IMG/VR virus record: IMGVR_UViG_3300023174_003694
Span: 981-64,980 of that record
Reading direction: 5' to 3' (one strand)
Length of the DNA stretch: 64,000 nt
Origin: a virus
In this document: in pieces, positions 30,711-39,501 of the stretch
How the letters are laid out: each line of letters opens with the position of its first letter
Position numbering within the stretch: the stretch's first letter is position 1
The notes under the pieces: generated by a model
What the model was told of the DNA's origin: nothing
Seen by the model: only the letters and a program-made list of their open reading frames with translations
The model's database searches: none
Translations under genes and position numbers: made by a program

Positions 30711-31623
30711 AAGAATATTAGTTACGGGAGGGTTAGGCTTTGTAGGATCTAATTTAGTTGATATGTTAATTAGTCAAGGGCATCAAGTAGATGTAATTGA
30801 TAACTTATCTTCAGAGTCAAGTTCAAAAAAATATGCAAACCCAAAAGCAAATTATGAACTTAGAGATGTCAATGACATTTTACAAATTAAAAATTCAGTT
30901 GGAGTATTAGAAACTAGAACTCAATATGATGTAATTTATCATTTAGCAGCTGAAGCTAGAATTCAACCTTCTTTTGAAGATCCAATGAAATGGTTTCAAT
31001 CTAATATAATGGGCACTGCAGCTGTAATGGAATATGCAAGACTATCAAATTCAAAAGCTGTGGTATATGCAACGACTTCATCTAAAAACCATGGGTCTAA
31101 ATATATATCTCCTTACACTTATTCTAAAGTAGCTGGAGAAAATATATTAAGCACTTACAAATATTGTTATAAAATTAATTGCGCTTCAGCAACATTTTAT
31201 AATGTATATGGACCTAGAGAACCTGAAGTAGGAGAGTTTGCAACAGTAAGAGCAAAATTCCAAAGACAATTTGATAATAATGAACCTATGACTGTTGTAG
31301 GAGATGGTAATCAAACAAGAGACTTTACTCACGTAGATGATATTTGTCAAGGAATGATTGCAATTGCAGAACATTTATTAACCAAACCTCAGCACTCGAA
31401 AATTGTACAAAATTATGATTTAGGTAGAGGAGAGCCGATACCAATAATAGATGTTGCTTTGATGATTTGCAACTATGACCCTTCTAAAATTATGCATGTA
31501 CCTTTAAGAAAAAATGAAGGTAGAGATACTTTGTCATTGTGGCAAGATACACAAAGACAAATTGGTTGGAGAGCAACTAAAGATTTAAAAACATATATAA
31601 ACATAATCAACAATGGAGAATAA
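30703..31623 (+). CDS. NAD-dependent epimerase/dehydratase (extended SDR)
   Basis: ILVTGGLGFVGSNLV is the GxxGxxG Rossmann motif. YTYSK gives the YxxxK catalytic pair. Confidence 0.75.
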   Translation: MSKRILVTGGLGFVGSNLVDMLISQGHQVDVIDNLSSESSSKKYANPKANYELRDVNDILQIKNSVGVLETRTQYDVIYHLAAEARIQPSFEDPMKWFQSNIMGTAAVMEYARLSNSKAVVYATTSSKNHGSKYISPYTYSKVAGENILSTYKYCYKINCASATFYNVYGPREPEVGEFATVRAKFQRQFDNNEPMTVVGDGNQTRDFTHVDDICQGMIAIAEHLLTKPQHSKIVQNYDLGRGEPIPIIDVALMICNYDPSKIMHVPLRKNEGRDTLSLWQDTQRQIGWRATKDLKTYINIINNGE

Positions 31624-31921
31624 CAATTTTCATGATTTACGCAATACATATATTGACTTGCGTAACATGCCTTCAATCGAATTGTTAAATTTTGAAGGAC
31701 CTGTGCTAAAAGCAATTAAAGCTCCTTTTGGGTGTGTAGTAGTAGACCAATGGGACAAAACAGTTGCTATTTGTAATAAAGAACAGCTTCAAGATTTCCT
31801 TTCTGGAAAGACTGATATTACAGATTCCAATAACAAAATCTGGCACTATCCAGCAGAACATGAAGGAGCTAAGTCTAGAACCTCAAAATTAAATGCATTT
31901 ATTAATACAATGTCAATATGA
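31613..31921 (+). CDS. hypothetical protein
   Basis: 102-aa ORF. No motif. Confidence 0.3.
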   Translation: MENNNFHDLRNTYIDLRNMPSIELLNFEGPVLKAIKAPFGCVVVDQWDKTVAICNKEQLQDFLSGKTDITDSNNKIWHYPAEHEGAKSRTSKLNAFINTMSI

Positions 31922-32775
31922 AATCAAAATTAGGAGTAATTGGTCAAGGCTTTGTAGGAAATGCTGTGACTGAAGGAATGTCTCATTGTTATGAAATGAT
32001 AACGTATGACAAAGACCCAAATAAGAAATGTACAGAAAAATCACTATATGATGTGATTAATAAAACAGAAGTAGTATTTTTATGTGTACCTACTCCTATG
32101 TATAAATCAGGAGCTTGTGACTTGTCAATAGTACACAATGCAATGAAAGAAATTTCTGATTCATGTGAAGCATTGAAGAAACATGTTACTGTAGTTCTTA
32201 AATCTACAGTACCGCCAGGCGTCACTGAAACTCTTAATGAGTTGTATGGCAATCATATTGCTGTGGTATTCAACCCAGAATTCTTAACAGAAGCTAATGC
32301 AGTTGAAGATTATAAAAACCAAAATAGAATTATTGTAGGAGGCAATCGCCCAGAGTCTTCTCAAGTAAAACAAATATTTGCAAAAGCATTTCCTCAAGTT
32401 CCGATTATCAAAACATCTTCAACAATTGCAGAAATGGTTAAGTACGTAACTAATACGTTTTTAGCGACTAAAGTTTCATTTGCAAACGAAATGTATCAAA
32501 TTAGCCAAGCTCTAGATATTGATTATGACAAAGTAATTGAGTATGCGCGCTATGATGATAGATTAGGGCAATCACATTGGTCAGTGCCAGGCCCAGACGG
32601 AGATTTTGGATTTGGAGGTCACTGCTTTCCTAAAGATGTAGCAGCTTTAACTTATTTAGCCAAAGCATTAGGAGTAGATCCTATTATGCTAAATGGGACT
32701 GCATATAAAAATAATGATGTTCGAACTGACTTTGATTGGACTAAACAAATTGGGAGAGCAGTCTCTGAAGAATAA
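31918..32775 (+). CDS. UDP-glucose/GDP-mannose 6-dehydrogenase family protein, lacking the C-terminal UDP-binding domain
   Basis: LGVIGQGFVGNAV is the NAD-binding loop. NPEFLTEANAVEDY is the family signature NPEFLxEG. GGHCFPKD carries the catalytic Cys. Only 285 aa. Confidence 0.6.
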   Translation: MKSKLGVIGQGFVGNAVTEGMSHCYEMITYDKDPNKKCTEKSLYDVINKTEVVFLCVPTPMYKSGACDLSIVHNAMKEISDSCEALKKHVTVVLKSTVPPGVTETLNELYGNHIAVVFNPEFLTEANAVEDYKNQNRIIVGGNRPESSQVKQIFAKAFPQVPIIKTSSTIAEMVKYVTNTFLATKVSFANEMYQISQALDIDYDKVIEYARYDDRLGQSHWSVPGPDGDFGFGGHCFPKDVAALTYLAKALGVDPIMLNGTAYKNNDVRTDFDWTKQIGRAVSEE

Positions 32776-33017
32776 TGCAGTACTATATTCTATTACCCGG
32801 AGACACTGAACAAGATGCTATGTTAGAAACTAATCTGTTAGGAGAAGCTTCATTTAAAACATTCTATTCAGGAAGAGGCTTAACAGCATTAATGAAAATG
32901 ATAGATAAAGCTCCTGAGATGCTTGAGCATGTTAGGATTAAATCAGACAAAAACGAAAATTTATCTGTGGAAGAATTTCTAACCAGATTACAACCATTAA
33001 AAATAATTAAATCATGA
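32775..33017 (+). CDS. hypothetical protein
   Basis: 80-aa ORF. Does not resemble the missing UGDH C-terminal domain. Confidence 0.25.
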   Translation: MQYYILLPGDTEQDAMLETNLLGEASFKTFYSGRGLTALMKMIDKAPEMLEHVRIKSDKNENLSVEEFLTRLQPLKIIKS

Positions 33018-33517
33018 TACAAGACGAAAATTCAAAAGTATATCAATCAGAATTAAATTCTGAATTTACAGTACATATTCTTTATAACGGACATCCTGAC
33101 TATGCAGTTATTAAAGAAGGATTAGATGAAATAAAATCAGTAGGAGCTTTATGGGTAGGCACCAAAGACATTTACATTGACGGGGAATCGGTAACGGATA
33201 ATAACGTTGATGAAGATCAAATTCTAGCTCTTGAAGCTCACGAAATAGCACATTCATTGCTTGGACATAAAGCTGGAATGGATGAGCAATCTGAAATAGA
33301 AGCTAATTTATTTGGCATTGCTATGTTAGATATGGACGGATATGAAAGAGCAGCTGAATATTTAAAAGATAAATTGCTAGTAGACAGTGGAATTGCTTAT
33401 GAAGATTTTGAAACTGAATTCAATCAAGATTTTGAAATTACAGAAGAAGAGCTAGCAAAGTGGGATTCTATCATTAAAGATGATATTTTCGAGCCAAAGG
33501 AAGAATTTAACAAGTAA
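33014..33517 (+). CDS. ImmA/IrrE-like HExxH zinc metallopeptidase
   Basis: ALEAHEIAHSLLGH matches the LAHELGHxxLH motif of ImmA/IrrE (COG2856). Confidence 0.45.
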   Translation: MIQDENSKVYQSELNSEFTVHILYNGHPDYAVIKEGLDEIKSVGALWVGTKDIYIDGESVTDNNVDEDQILALEAHEIAHSLLGHKAGMDEQSEIEANLFGIAMLDMDGYERAAEYLKDKLLVDSGIAYEDFETEFNQDFEITEEELAKWDSIIKDDIFEPKEEFNK

Positions 33518-33636
33518 CATATTTATTAGTATAGCGCCAATAACTTTGTTAGTCTTGGGTCAATGCCCTTGAGTAGTATTAAGCTACGAAAAGATTAGCA
33601 AAATTAGATGTTTAACATTTATCAAAAATTAAAACT

Positions 33637-34413
33637 ATGTACACTTCACACATGACCATGCTTCAACCAGAAGCCTTTGTAACGGTTAAGAAAAATCGTC
33701 TTAAGCTTTACGAACACAAAAATCACTATTTAAAAACAAAAACTAATTTCGAGATTGAGCTATTCAATCCGACAAATGAATCGGTGCTTGCTAAAATTTG
33801 GCTCAACGATAAATTAATGTCAGCGTCAGGTATTATTATCAAAGCAGGGCAAAGAGTTTATTTAGAACGTTTTTTAGACACTCCTGAAAAATTTCAATTC
33901 AATGTATTTGAAGTTGATGATGTAAAGGAAACTCAAGCAGCAAGAGAGAAAAATGGATTGGTAAAAGTATCTTTCTTTAGTAAGATAATGCCTAATTTGT
34001 TATTGAATTCCGGTACTACTTCCACTACGATATACCCTAATACACTAACGTATACAAGCACTACAAGTAACCCGTATAATATTACCGCAGGTGTCACTTC
34101 TACGCAAACTATTAATACAGCGTATTACTCAAATACAGTAAATACATTTGCAGGGCCTAATATTAGAAGTGCTGTAATTACAGATTCAGTTGAGACAGGT
34201 AGAGTAGGTAAAGGAGGAAAATCAAAACAAGAATTCAAACAAGAAGGAGGTAAGTACTCTGACTATTCATTTTCAAATTGGGAATTTCAATTGCTACCTG
34301 AATCAGCTAAACCTGTAGAAACTTCAGAGATAAGAAATTATTGCAATGAATGTGGAATCAGAATTAGAAAATCATCTTGGAAGTTTTGTCCTAATTGCGG
34401 GGCTGAACTATAA
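33637..34413 (+). CDS. hypothetical protein with Thr/Ser-rich segment and C-terminal zinc ribbon
   Basis: C-terminal CNECG...CPNCG. Thr/Ser/Asn-rich low-complexity region TSTTIYPNTLTYTSTTSNPYNITAGVTSTQT. Confidence 0.35.
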   Translation: MYTSHMTMLQPEAFVTVKKNRLKLYEHKNHYLKTKTNFEIELFNPTNESVLAKIWLNDKLMSASGIIIKAGQRVYLERFLDTPEKFQFNVFEVDDVKETQAAREKNGLVKVSFFSKIMPNLLLNSGTTSTTIYPNTLTYTSTTSNPYNITAGVTSTQTINTAYYSNTVNTFAGPNIRSAVITDSVETGRVGKGGKSKQEFKQEGGKYSDYSFSNWEFQLLPESAKPVETSEIRNYCNECGIRIRKSSWKFCPNCGAEL

Positions 34414-34478
34414 AAATCTAACTTAGTTATTGCGGGCGCTATAATATTAAGTTACGATATTTATATTAAACTCAATTG

Positions 34479-35603
34479 ATGAAGCCATTAAAATTAGAAT
34501 CTGATTTACTTAAAGTATCTAAGCCGTATGAATTGGCTAAAGGAGATTTAGTAAAAAATGTAGATCCGAATTGTAAGCATTATAAAACTACCGGAGAGGT
34601 AGTTGCTGTACATCCAAATGGAGATATTACATATCAAATAGATAATATGGGATCTACCAAGACTCCATATACTCAGGTTACTAAATTTGGAGATTTGTTT
34701 TTGAAAATATTCACTCATACTCCATTACCTTCCATTATGTCATCTGTCGATGCAAAAGACACAAACTTAAATGAATGTGTAGTTGCTAAAGTTAATGTAG
34801 ATGGAAAGACTATTCTAGCAAAAAATAGAGATAGAGGCTATACTGCGGATATTGAAATTATTCATGAGCTAATTGAAGGAGTTGAAGTTGTTTATTTACA
34901 TGATAAATTAACTGACTGGTCGGAAGGAATGAACCAGTATGGTATAGGAATTGTTAATTCATCTTTAACTGTAAATTTTGATGAAAAGGAAGGTAAATTA
35001 GCAAAGCAAAATTTAGATAAAGGTAAAGCTCCTAAAGTATCACATGATGGTCTTAAAATTAGAACAGCTTTATCAAAATCTAAATTATCAGACGCTATTA
35101 AATCTGTAGTAAATTTCGTAGGTGAAGATGATAAAGATGTAGGAGTTAAAGGAGAGACTATCGTCGCAAATACAAAATATGCATTTTTAGTTGAAATGAC
35201 TTCTAAACATTTACCTGTAATTACTAAGGTTGATGATCGTAAAGTTGTAGTTAGAACTAATCATGGTATTGAATATCCAGATACAGGATACACTTCTGGA
35301 GTTAAACGAACTTCTTCAATTTCTAGAAAAGACATTGCTACTAAAGAATTAGAAAAAGTAAAAGCTCCTTCTGAAGTGCTTGATGCATTGTCAAAGCAAT
35401 ATACTAAAGATCCATTCATGAATCCTTATCGCCGTAAGAATAAATTTAATATGGTTACTACTTCTCAAGTAATGTATAATTTAGATGATTTAGAATTTTT
35501 CTTGAGATGGGATAAAGACTTTTCAGAGTACAAAGGAATTGTAAATAGATTGCCAGAAGGATACAAACCTAAAATTAAAATTACAGTATCAAAGACTGAT
35601 TAA
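34479..35603 (+). CDS. hypothetical protein
   Basis: ATG at 34479 (track used the TTG at 34476). No motif recognised. 374 aa. Confidence 0.35.
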   Translation: MKPLKLESDLLKVSKPYELAKGDLVKNVDPNCKHYKTTGEVVAVHPNGDITYQIDNMGSTKTPYTQVTKFGDLFLKIFTHTPLPSIMSSVDAKDTNLNECVVAKVNVDGKTILAKNRDRGYTADIEIIHELIEGVEVVYLHDKLTDWSEGMNQYGIGIVNSSLTVNFDEKEGKLAKQNLDKGKAPKVSHDGLKIRTALSKSKLSDAIKSVVNFVGEDDKDVGVKGETIVANTKYAFLVEMTSKHLPVITKVDDRKVVVRTNHGIEYPDTGYTSGVKRTSSISRKDIATKELEKVKAPSEVLDALSKQYTKDPFMNPYRRKNKFNMVTTSQVMYNLDDLEFFLRWDKDFSEYKGIVNRLPEGYKPKIKITVSKTD

Positions 35604-35639
35604 TTTGTAATTTACAAAAGAATTACTTATCTTTAAGAT

Positions 35640-35879
35640 ATGAAAAATTATTTTAATCACTTAATGGTAGACAGTTATCTAATCTATACTCAAGATGTAA
35701 TAGATTGGCCAACAGAATTATGTACGGAACAAAAAGTAGATTTACTTACTCAAACTCTTAAGTATTTTGAGTCTATTGAAGATTATATGAAATGTGCAGT
35801 GTTAAGAGATAAAATTCAATTGATATTGAATCCTCCTAAAAAAAGAGGAAGACCAAAAGGAAGTAAAAATAAAAAATAA
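35640..35879 (+). CDS. small protein with C-terminal AT-hook
   Basis: KKRGRPKGSKNKK at the C-terminus is a canonical RGRP AT-hook. Confidence 0.4.
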   Translation: MKNYFNHLMVDSYLIYTQDVIDWPTELCTEQKVDLLTQTLKYFESIEDYMKCAVLRDKIQLILNPPKKRGRPKGSKNKK

Positions 35880-35890
35880 AAATTAAAGTT

Positions 35891-36460
35891 ATGGCAAAAA
35901 GAAAGTTACGTGTAGGAGTTGATGTAGATGGAGTATTGAGAGATTTCGATACTAAAACAATGCAAATCATCAAAGAGTTATATCCTGATAAGGTTTTAGC
36001 AGATTATGCTACTTCATGGGACTATGACAATGTAGATGTGCCAATTAAAGAGCTATCTAAAATTTGGCAAGAAACTCATTGTGAAGAAATTTACAGAGAA
36101 TCTGAATTAATGCCTGGAGTTAAAGAAGAATTTAAACTTCTTAAAGATTGGGGTAGAACTCAAAAACCTGGGTTTCAATGGGTATGTGTAACAGCACAAA
36201 TGCCTTACAATGCCAATCATACTTTGTATTGGTTAGGTAAACACTATTTCAATTTTTTAGAAACGTATATCACTAATTATAAACATAAAGTGGATATTGA
36301 TTTTCTAATTGATGATAGTCCGAAAAATTACGATAAGTGGGTAGCAGCAGGAAGAGATGAAAAAGAGTATATCTTATTTGATAGACCTTATAATCAAAAC
36401 TGCCCGGCTACAAATAGAATATATAAATTATCAGATGCAATAGAAATATTGAAAAAGTAA
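35891..36460 (+). CDS. 5'(3')-deoxyribonucleotidase (HAD family)
   Basis: VGVDVDGVLRDFD matches the NT5C-family IAVDMDGVLADF motif I. 189 aa. Confidence 0.6.
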   Translation: MAKRKLRVGVDVDGVLRDFDTKTMQIIKELYPDKVLADYATSWDYDNVDVPIKELSKIWQETHCEEIYRESELMPGVKEEFKLLKDWGRTQKPGFQWVCVTAQMPYNANHTLYWLGKHYFNFLETYITNYKHKVDIDFLIDDSPKNYDKWVAAGRDEKEYILFDRPYNQNCPATNRIYKLSDAIEILKK

Positions 36461-36538
36461 AAACCTGATATTTATATTAAATAAAATTGGATAAGAATAT
36501 TCAATTTATCAAGTACAATTATTAAACAAAAACAATTT

Positions 36539-36733
36539 ATGGAAAAGACAGTTTTCGACATCAAAGCAGATTTAGACACATTATGGGCAGATTTCAACGA
36601 TAATCACGTAATCTTTGCCGACAAAGGAAATAAAGCTGCAGCAGCAAGAGCGCGTAAAGCGATCAATGAAATTAAAAAACACGTTACCGCTTATAAGAAA
36701 GCTTCGGTAGAGCACGTTAAAGCAGGTAAATAA
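36539..36733 (+). CDS. small basic protein (possible DNA-binding)
   Basis: KAAAARARKAINEIKKHVTAYKK is a Lys/Ala/Arg-rich helix. 64 aa. Confidence 0.3.
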   Translation: MEKTVFDIKADLDTLWADFNDNHVIFADKGNKAAAARARKAINEIKKHVTAYKKASVEHVKAGK

Positions 36734-36784
36734 TACCTTAACCATTAACTCGTTTTCGAACAGATATTTTAGAATACAATTATT

Positions 36785-37072
36785 ATGACAAAAGAAGAAT
36801 TAACACAGATTATCAAAGAAGAAGTTGCTAAAGAATTGGCAAGTGCTAAATTAGTAAATGAAATTTATGATTTAGATCAAGTGAAATACAGTGCTTCTGT
36901 TCGAAAACAAGTTGATGATTTAGTTACTGTTATTCAAAAGACTCCTAACTTAAACAAGACAGCAGTCGCAGCTATACTAAATGACATCATTATGGCGCTT
37001 GGGTTAAATCGTACTCAAATTACTATGTATATGAATATGATTAAACAACAACGTCAAAAATATAACTTCTAA
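36785..37072 (+). CDS. leader-B family small protein (MTKEELTQIIKEEV N-terminus)
   Basis: N-terminus conforms to the MK.SEL..LI.EEV leader shared by 8 ORFs in this window. Confidence 0.4.
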   Translation: MTKEELTQIIKEEVAKELASAKLVNEIYDLDQVKYSASVRKQVDDLVTVIQKTPNLNKTAVAAILNDIIMALGLNRTQITMYMNMIKQQRQKYNF

Positions 37073-37371
37073 TGAAAAAGTCTGAACTAAGACAATTAAT
37101 TCGTGAAGAAGTAAAAAAAGCTATTAAAGAGTATGGATCAGAGTCTATGTATTACTCTGCCCCAGGAGGTTCCGAACAAATTCGACAAGTGTCAGTACCA
37201 AGAACACAGAAATTTACAGATATCGAAAGATGGAAGATAGTTGCTATGCAGTTAGGTGCTACTATACAAGATAGAGGTGACGATTTAATTGCAGTTATGC
37301 CAAACCAAGATGTATTAGGCACATTTGTTAAACCAAACAAAGTAGGTGAACTTTATTTATATACATCATAA
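37072..37371 (+). CDS. leader-B family small protein (MKKSELRQLIREEV)
   Basis: Canonical leader-B N-terminus. Translationally coupled to the flanking genes. Confidence 0.4.
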   Translation: MKKSELRQLIREEVKKAIKEYGSESMYYSAPGGSEQIRQVSVPRTQKFTDIERWKIVAMQLGATIQDRGDDLIAVMPNQDVLGTFVKPNKVGELYLYTS

Positions 37372-37517
37372 TGGCAGCGAAAGCAAAATCAGCAACTACC
37401 TCAATTAAGGTAAATTCCAACAAAAGAAAAAGACCTGGAGTACATTCTAAAAAGAAAAACTCAGTACACAAAACAGGCAAACATTACAAAAAATCATACA
37501 GAGGGCAAGGTAGATAA
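37371..37517 (+). CDS. small, extremely basic protein (48 aa)
   Basis: MAAKAKSATTSIKVNSNKRKRPGVHSKKKNSVHKTGKHYKKSYRGQGR has about 35% Lys/Arg/His. Start overlaps the upstream stop (TAATG). Under 60 aa, so absent from the ORF track. Confidence 0.35.
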   Translation: MAAKAKSATTSIKVNSNKRKRPGVHSKKKNSVHKTGKHYKKSYRGQGR

Positions 37518-37581
37518 TTACTAAAATTATTTGCATCTTTCAAAAGGAATACTTATTTTTATAAAATAAAATAAGTATCAT

Positions 37582-37845
37582 ATGATTATCGCTATTTGCA
37601 TCTTATCAATTATTACAATCGGATTAGGGTTATTTTTAATTTCCGCTATAATGCATATACGTAAAATTCAAAAAGAGTTAGAGGCTATTTCTTACGTTCA
37701 AAATGCAAATAACCAAGACATTATCAAATTGACAAATCACGCTCATCAAGTTGCTTACGCTGTTAATGACATTACTAGTTATTTAGTTGACGAAGCGAGT
37801 AAATCAAATAGAATTCCATATTACGGACCTATAGGCAAAGCGTAA
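37582..37845 (+). CDS. small membrane protein
   Basis: N-terminal TM helix IIAICILSIITIGLGLFLISAI. Confidence 0.35.
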   Translation: MIIAICILSIITIGLGLFLISAIMHIRKIQKELEAISYVQNANNQDIIKLTNHAHQVAYAVNDITSYLVDEASKSNRIPYYGPIGKA

Positions 37846-37870
37846 AATTTCTGAAAAGTTTCTTGAAAAA

Positions 37871-37918
37871 GATTAGGACGTAAGGTAAATTATCCTTATC
37901 TTTATGTATAGAAATTAA
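37871..37918 (+). promoter_or_regulatory. bipartite promoter-like motif GATTAGGAcgTAAGG-N-CTTATCTTTATGTATAGAAATTAA
   Basis: One of 7 near-identical copies. Ends 17 nt before ATG 37935. Upstream half GATTAGGA starts 24 nt before CTTATC. Confidence 0.5.
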
Positions 37919-37934
37919 TAAAAAGACAGAAATT

Positions 37935-38315
37935 ATGACAAATTTAATTAAAAGTGTAAATGTAGTAGATTTTATTCAAGGTAGAAAAGGTGCTTTCCGT
38001 GCCATTGTAAAAGTCCAGGCAGGTTTTTATTCAAGTGTTAATTGTGATAATGCTAGTTTAGCAAGTGTTGTTAGACGATTTAAAAAAGGAGCACTTCAAA
38101 CCGTTGAGTTTATACCAGAGGGTGCTGATTATCCATTGACAGTGTTTGCTAAAAAAGGTAAGAATATTATATTAGCAGACGAAGCTTTATTGAAAGAAAT
38201 GACAGTTGGAGATATCAATGGATTGTTTTACGATTCTAATTTATATGACCAAGCTCAATATAAAGCAGTAAATGCAAAGACTTGGGCAGATAAGGCATTT
38301 GTAATTAACTCTTAA
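37935..38315 (+). CDS. hypothetical protein
   Basis: Preceded by the bipartite promoter-like motif ending at 37918. Confidence 0.35.
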   Translation: MTNLIKSVNVVDFIQGRKGAFRAIVKVQAGFYSSVNCDNASLASVVRRFKKGALQTVEFIPEGADYPLTVFAKKGKNIILADEALLKEMTVGDINGLFYDSNLYDQAQYKAVNAKTWADKAFVINS

Positions 38316-38319
38316 TTAA

Positions 38320-38493
38320 ATGAAAAAAGTAAGTTTAGTAATAGTAGCACTCACTTTGATAGGTTGTAGTGCTACTCATAATATAGCAAAGAAGTCTAAA
38401 ACTCAAAAGTATCTGGAAAGGAAAATTGAAAACAATCATAGACAATTTGCAATAGTGAATAACCAAATAATAATGTTTGAAAATATCAATTAA
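38320..38493 (+). CDS. small lipoprotein (57 aa)
   Basis: Signal peptide MKKVSLVIVALTLIGCSA with lipobox LIGC. Under 60 aa, so absent from the track. Confidence 0.4.
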   Translation: MKKVSLVIVALTLIGCSATHNIAKKSKTQKYLERKIENNHRQFAIVNNQIIMFENIN

Positions 38494-38494
38494 G

Positions 38495-38677
38495 ATGAAA
38501 TTAATTTATATGGAATGCACATTAGGAATGCTAGCGGGTCAATATCCTGAGCATGTAGACGTTTTAGTACAATCAGGTACAGTCAAAGCTGTTAATGAAG
38601 TACCTTATTTGGTAATAGAAGTACCAGACGAAGAACCAAAGAAAACTAGAAGAAACACAAATAAAAATAAACAATAA
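38495..38677 (+). CDS. hypothetical small protein
   Basis: ATG right after the lipoprotein stop. Track start 38477 would overlap it. Confidence 0.3.
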   Translation: MKLIYMECTLGMLAGQYPEHVDVLVQSGTVKAVNEVPYLVIEVPDEEPKKTRRNTNKNKQ

Positions 38678-38681
38678 AGTT

Positions 38682-39119
38682 ATGGCAGCACAAAAATTTC
38701 AATTCGGAGACAAAGCATATGTAAATGCAAAACACACTCAATATGATGCAAAAAACTATGGAGTGCATGAAGGAATGGAAGTAATTACCGGAGGTATGGC
38801 ATACAACGGATATTACAATGTAAAATTACCAAATGGTCAACAAATCCAAATGGCATCGTCTGCTTTGGATAAAATTCCATCAAGAACTAAAAAAGAGCAA
38901 TTTGAAGAGCAGATTGAAAAAGCTCAAGCAAAAATTTATGCTACTCAAGCATTTATTGCAGAAACTAAAATGAAAATTGATTTCATGGACGAGATTAAGT
39001 CTGAGGACTTTGATGAAAATGAATTCAAAGCTTATCAGACTTTGACTTTAATTGAAAACACTTCAATGTCAAAATTAGAAAAAGCTAAAGCAATTGCATC
39101 TTTAATCAATTCTAAATAA
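38682..39119 (+). CDS. hypothetical protein
   Basis: 145-aa ORF. No motif. Confidence 0.3.
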   Translation: MAAQKFQFGDKAYVNAKHTQYDAKNYGVHEGMEVITGGMAYNGYYNVKLPNGQQIQMASSALDKIPSRTKKEQFEEQIEKAQAKIYATQAFIAETKMKIDFMDEIKSEDFDENEFKAYQTLTLIENTSMSKLEKAKAIASLINSK

Positions 39120-39125
39120 TAAGAT

Positions 39126-39497
39126 ATGATAGTAATTATAATTTTATTGGTAGTAGCTGTATTTATAGGAATTGCAGTAGAATTTATTAATATATTTGAA
39201 CATGGCACTCCTGCTAAAGATTCAGACATTCTGGAAATGTTAGAACTTCGTGCTGGAGATTATGATATAGACAGAAAATGGAATGATAAGTTTAAGCTTA
39301 AAGCACATTGGAAATCTGAAGCTCCTTCTATACAGCAAACTCAGCATAGTATTATATTTCCTTATTACATAGATGATGTAGGAGTAGTACCAATTTGGTA
39401 TAAGTCAGCCGCTAAAATTAAAAGTATATTCGAAGTAAAGATTGCTAACTCAAAATATACAGTATCGAAAAGAGACAAATTAGGTTTAAATAAATAA
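39126..39497 (+). CDS. hypothetical membrane-anchored protein
   Basis: N-terminal TM IVIIILLVVAVFIGIAV. Confidence 0.3.
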   Translation: MIVIIILLVVAVFIGIAVEFINIFEHGTPAKDSDILEMLELRAGDYDIDRKWNDKFKLKAHWKSEAPSIQQTQHSIIFPYYIDDVGVVPIWYKSAAKIKSIFEVKIANSKYTVSKRDKLGLNK

Positions 39498-39501
39498 GAC
39501 T

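Noticed and set aside
32775-33017. Possibility that the 80-aa ORF is the missing C-terminal domain of the UGDH-like protein
   Set aside because: Its sequence has none of the UDP-binding domain's conserved basic/aromatic residues.
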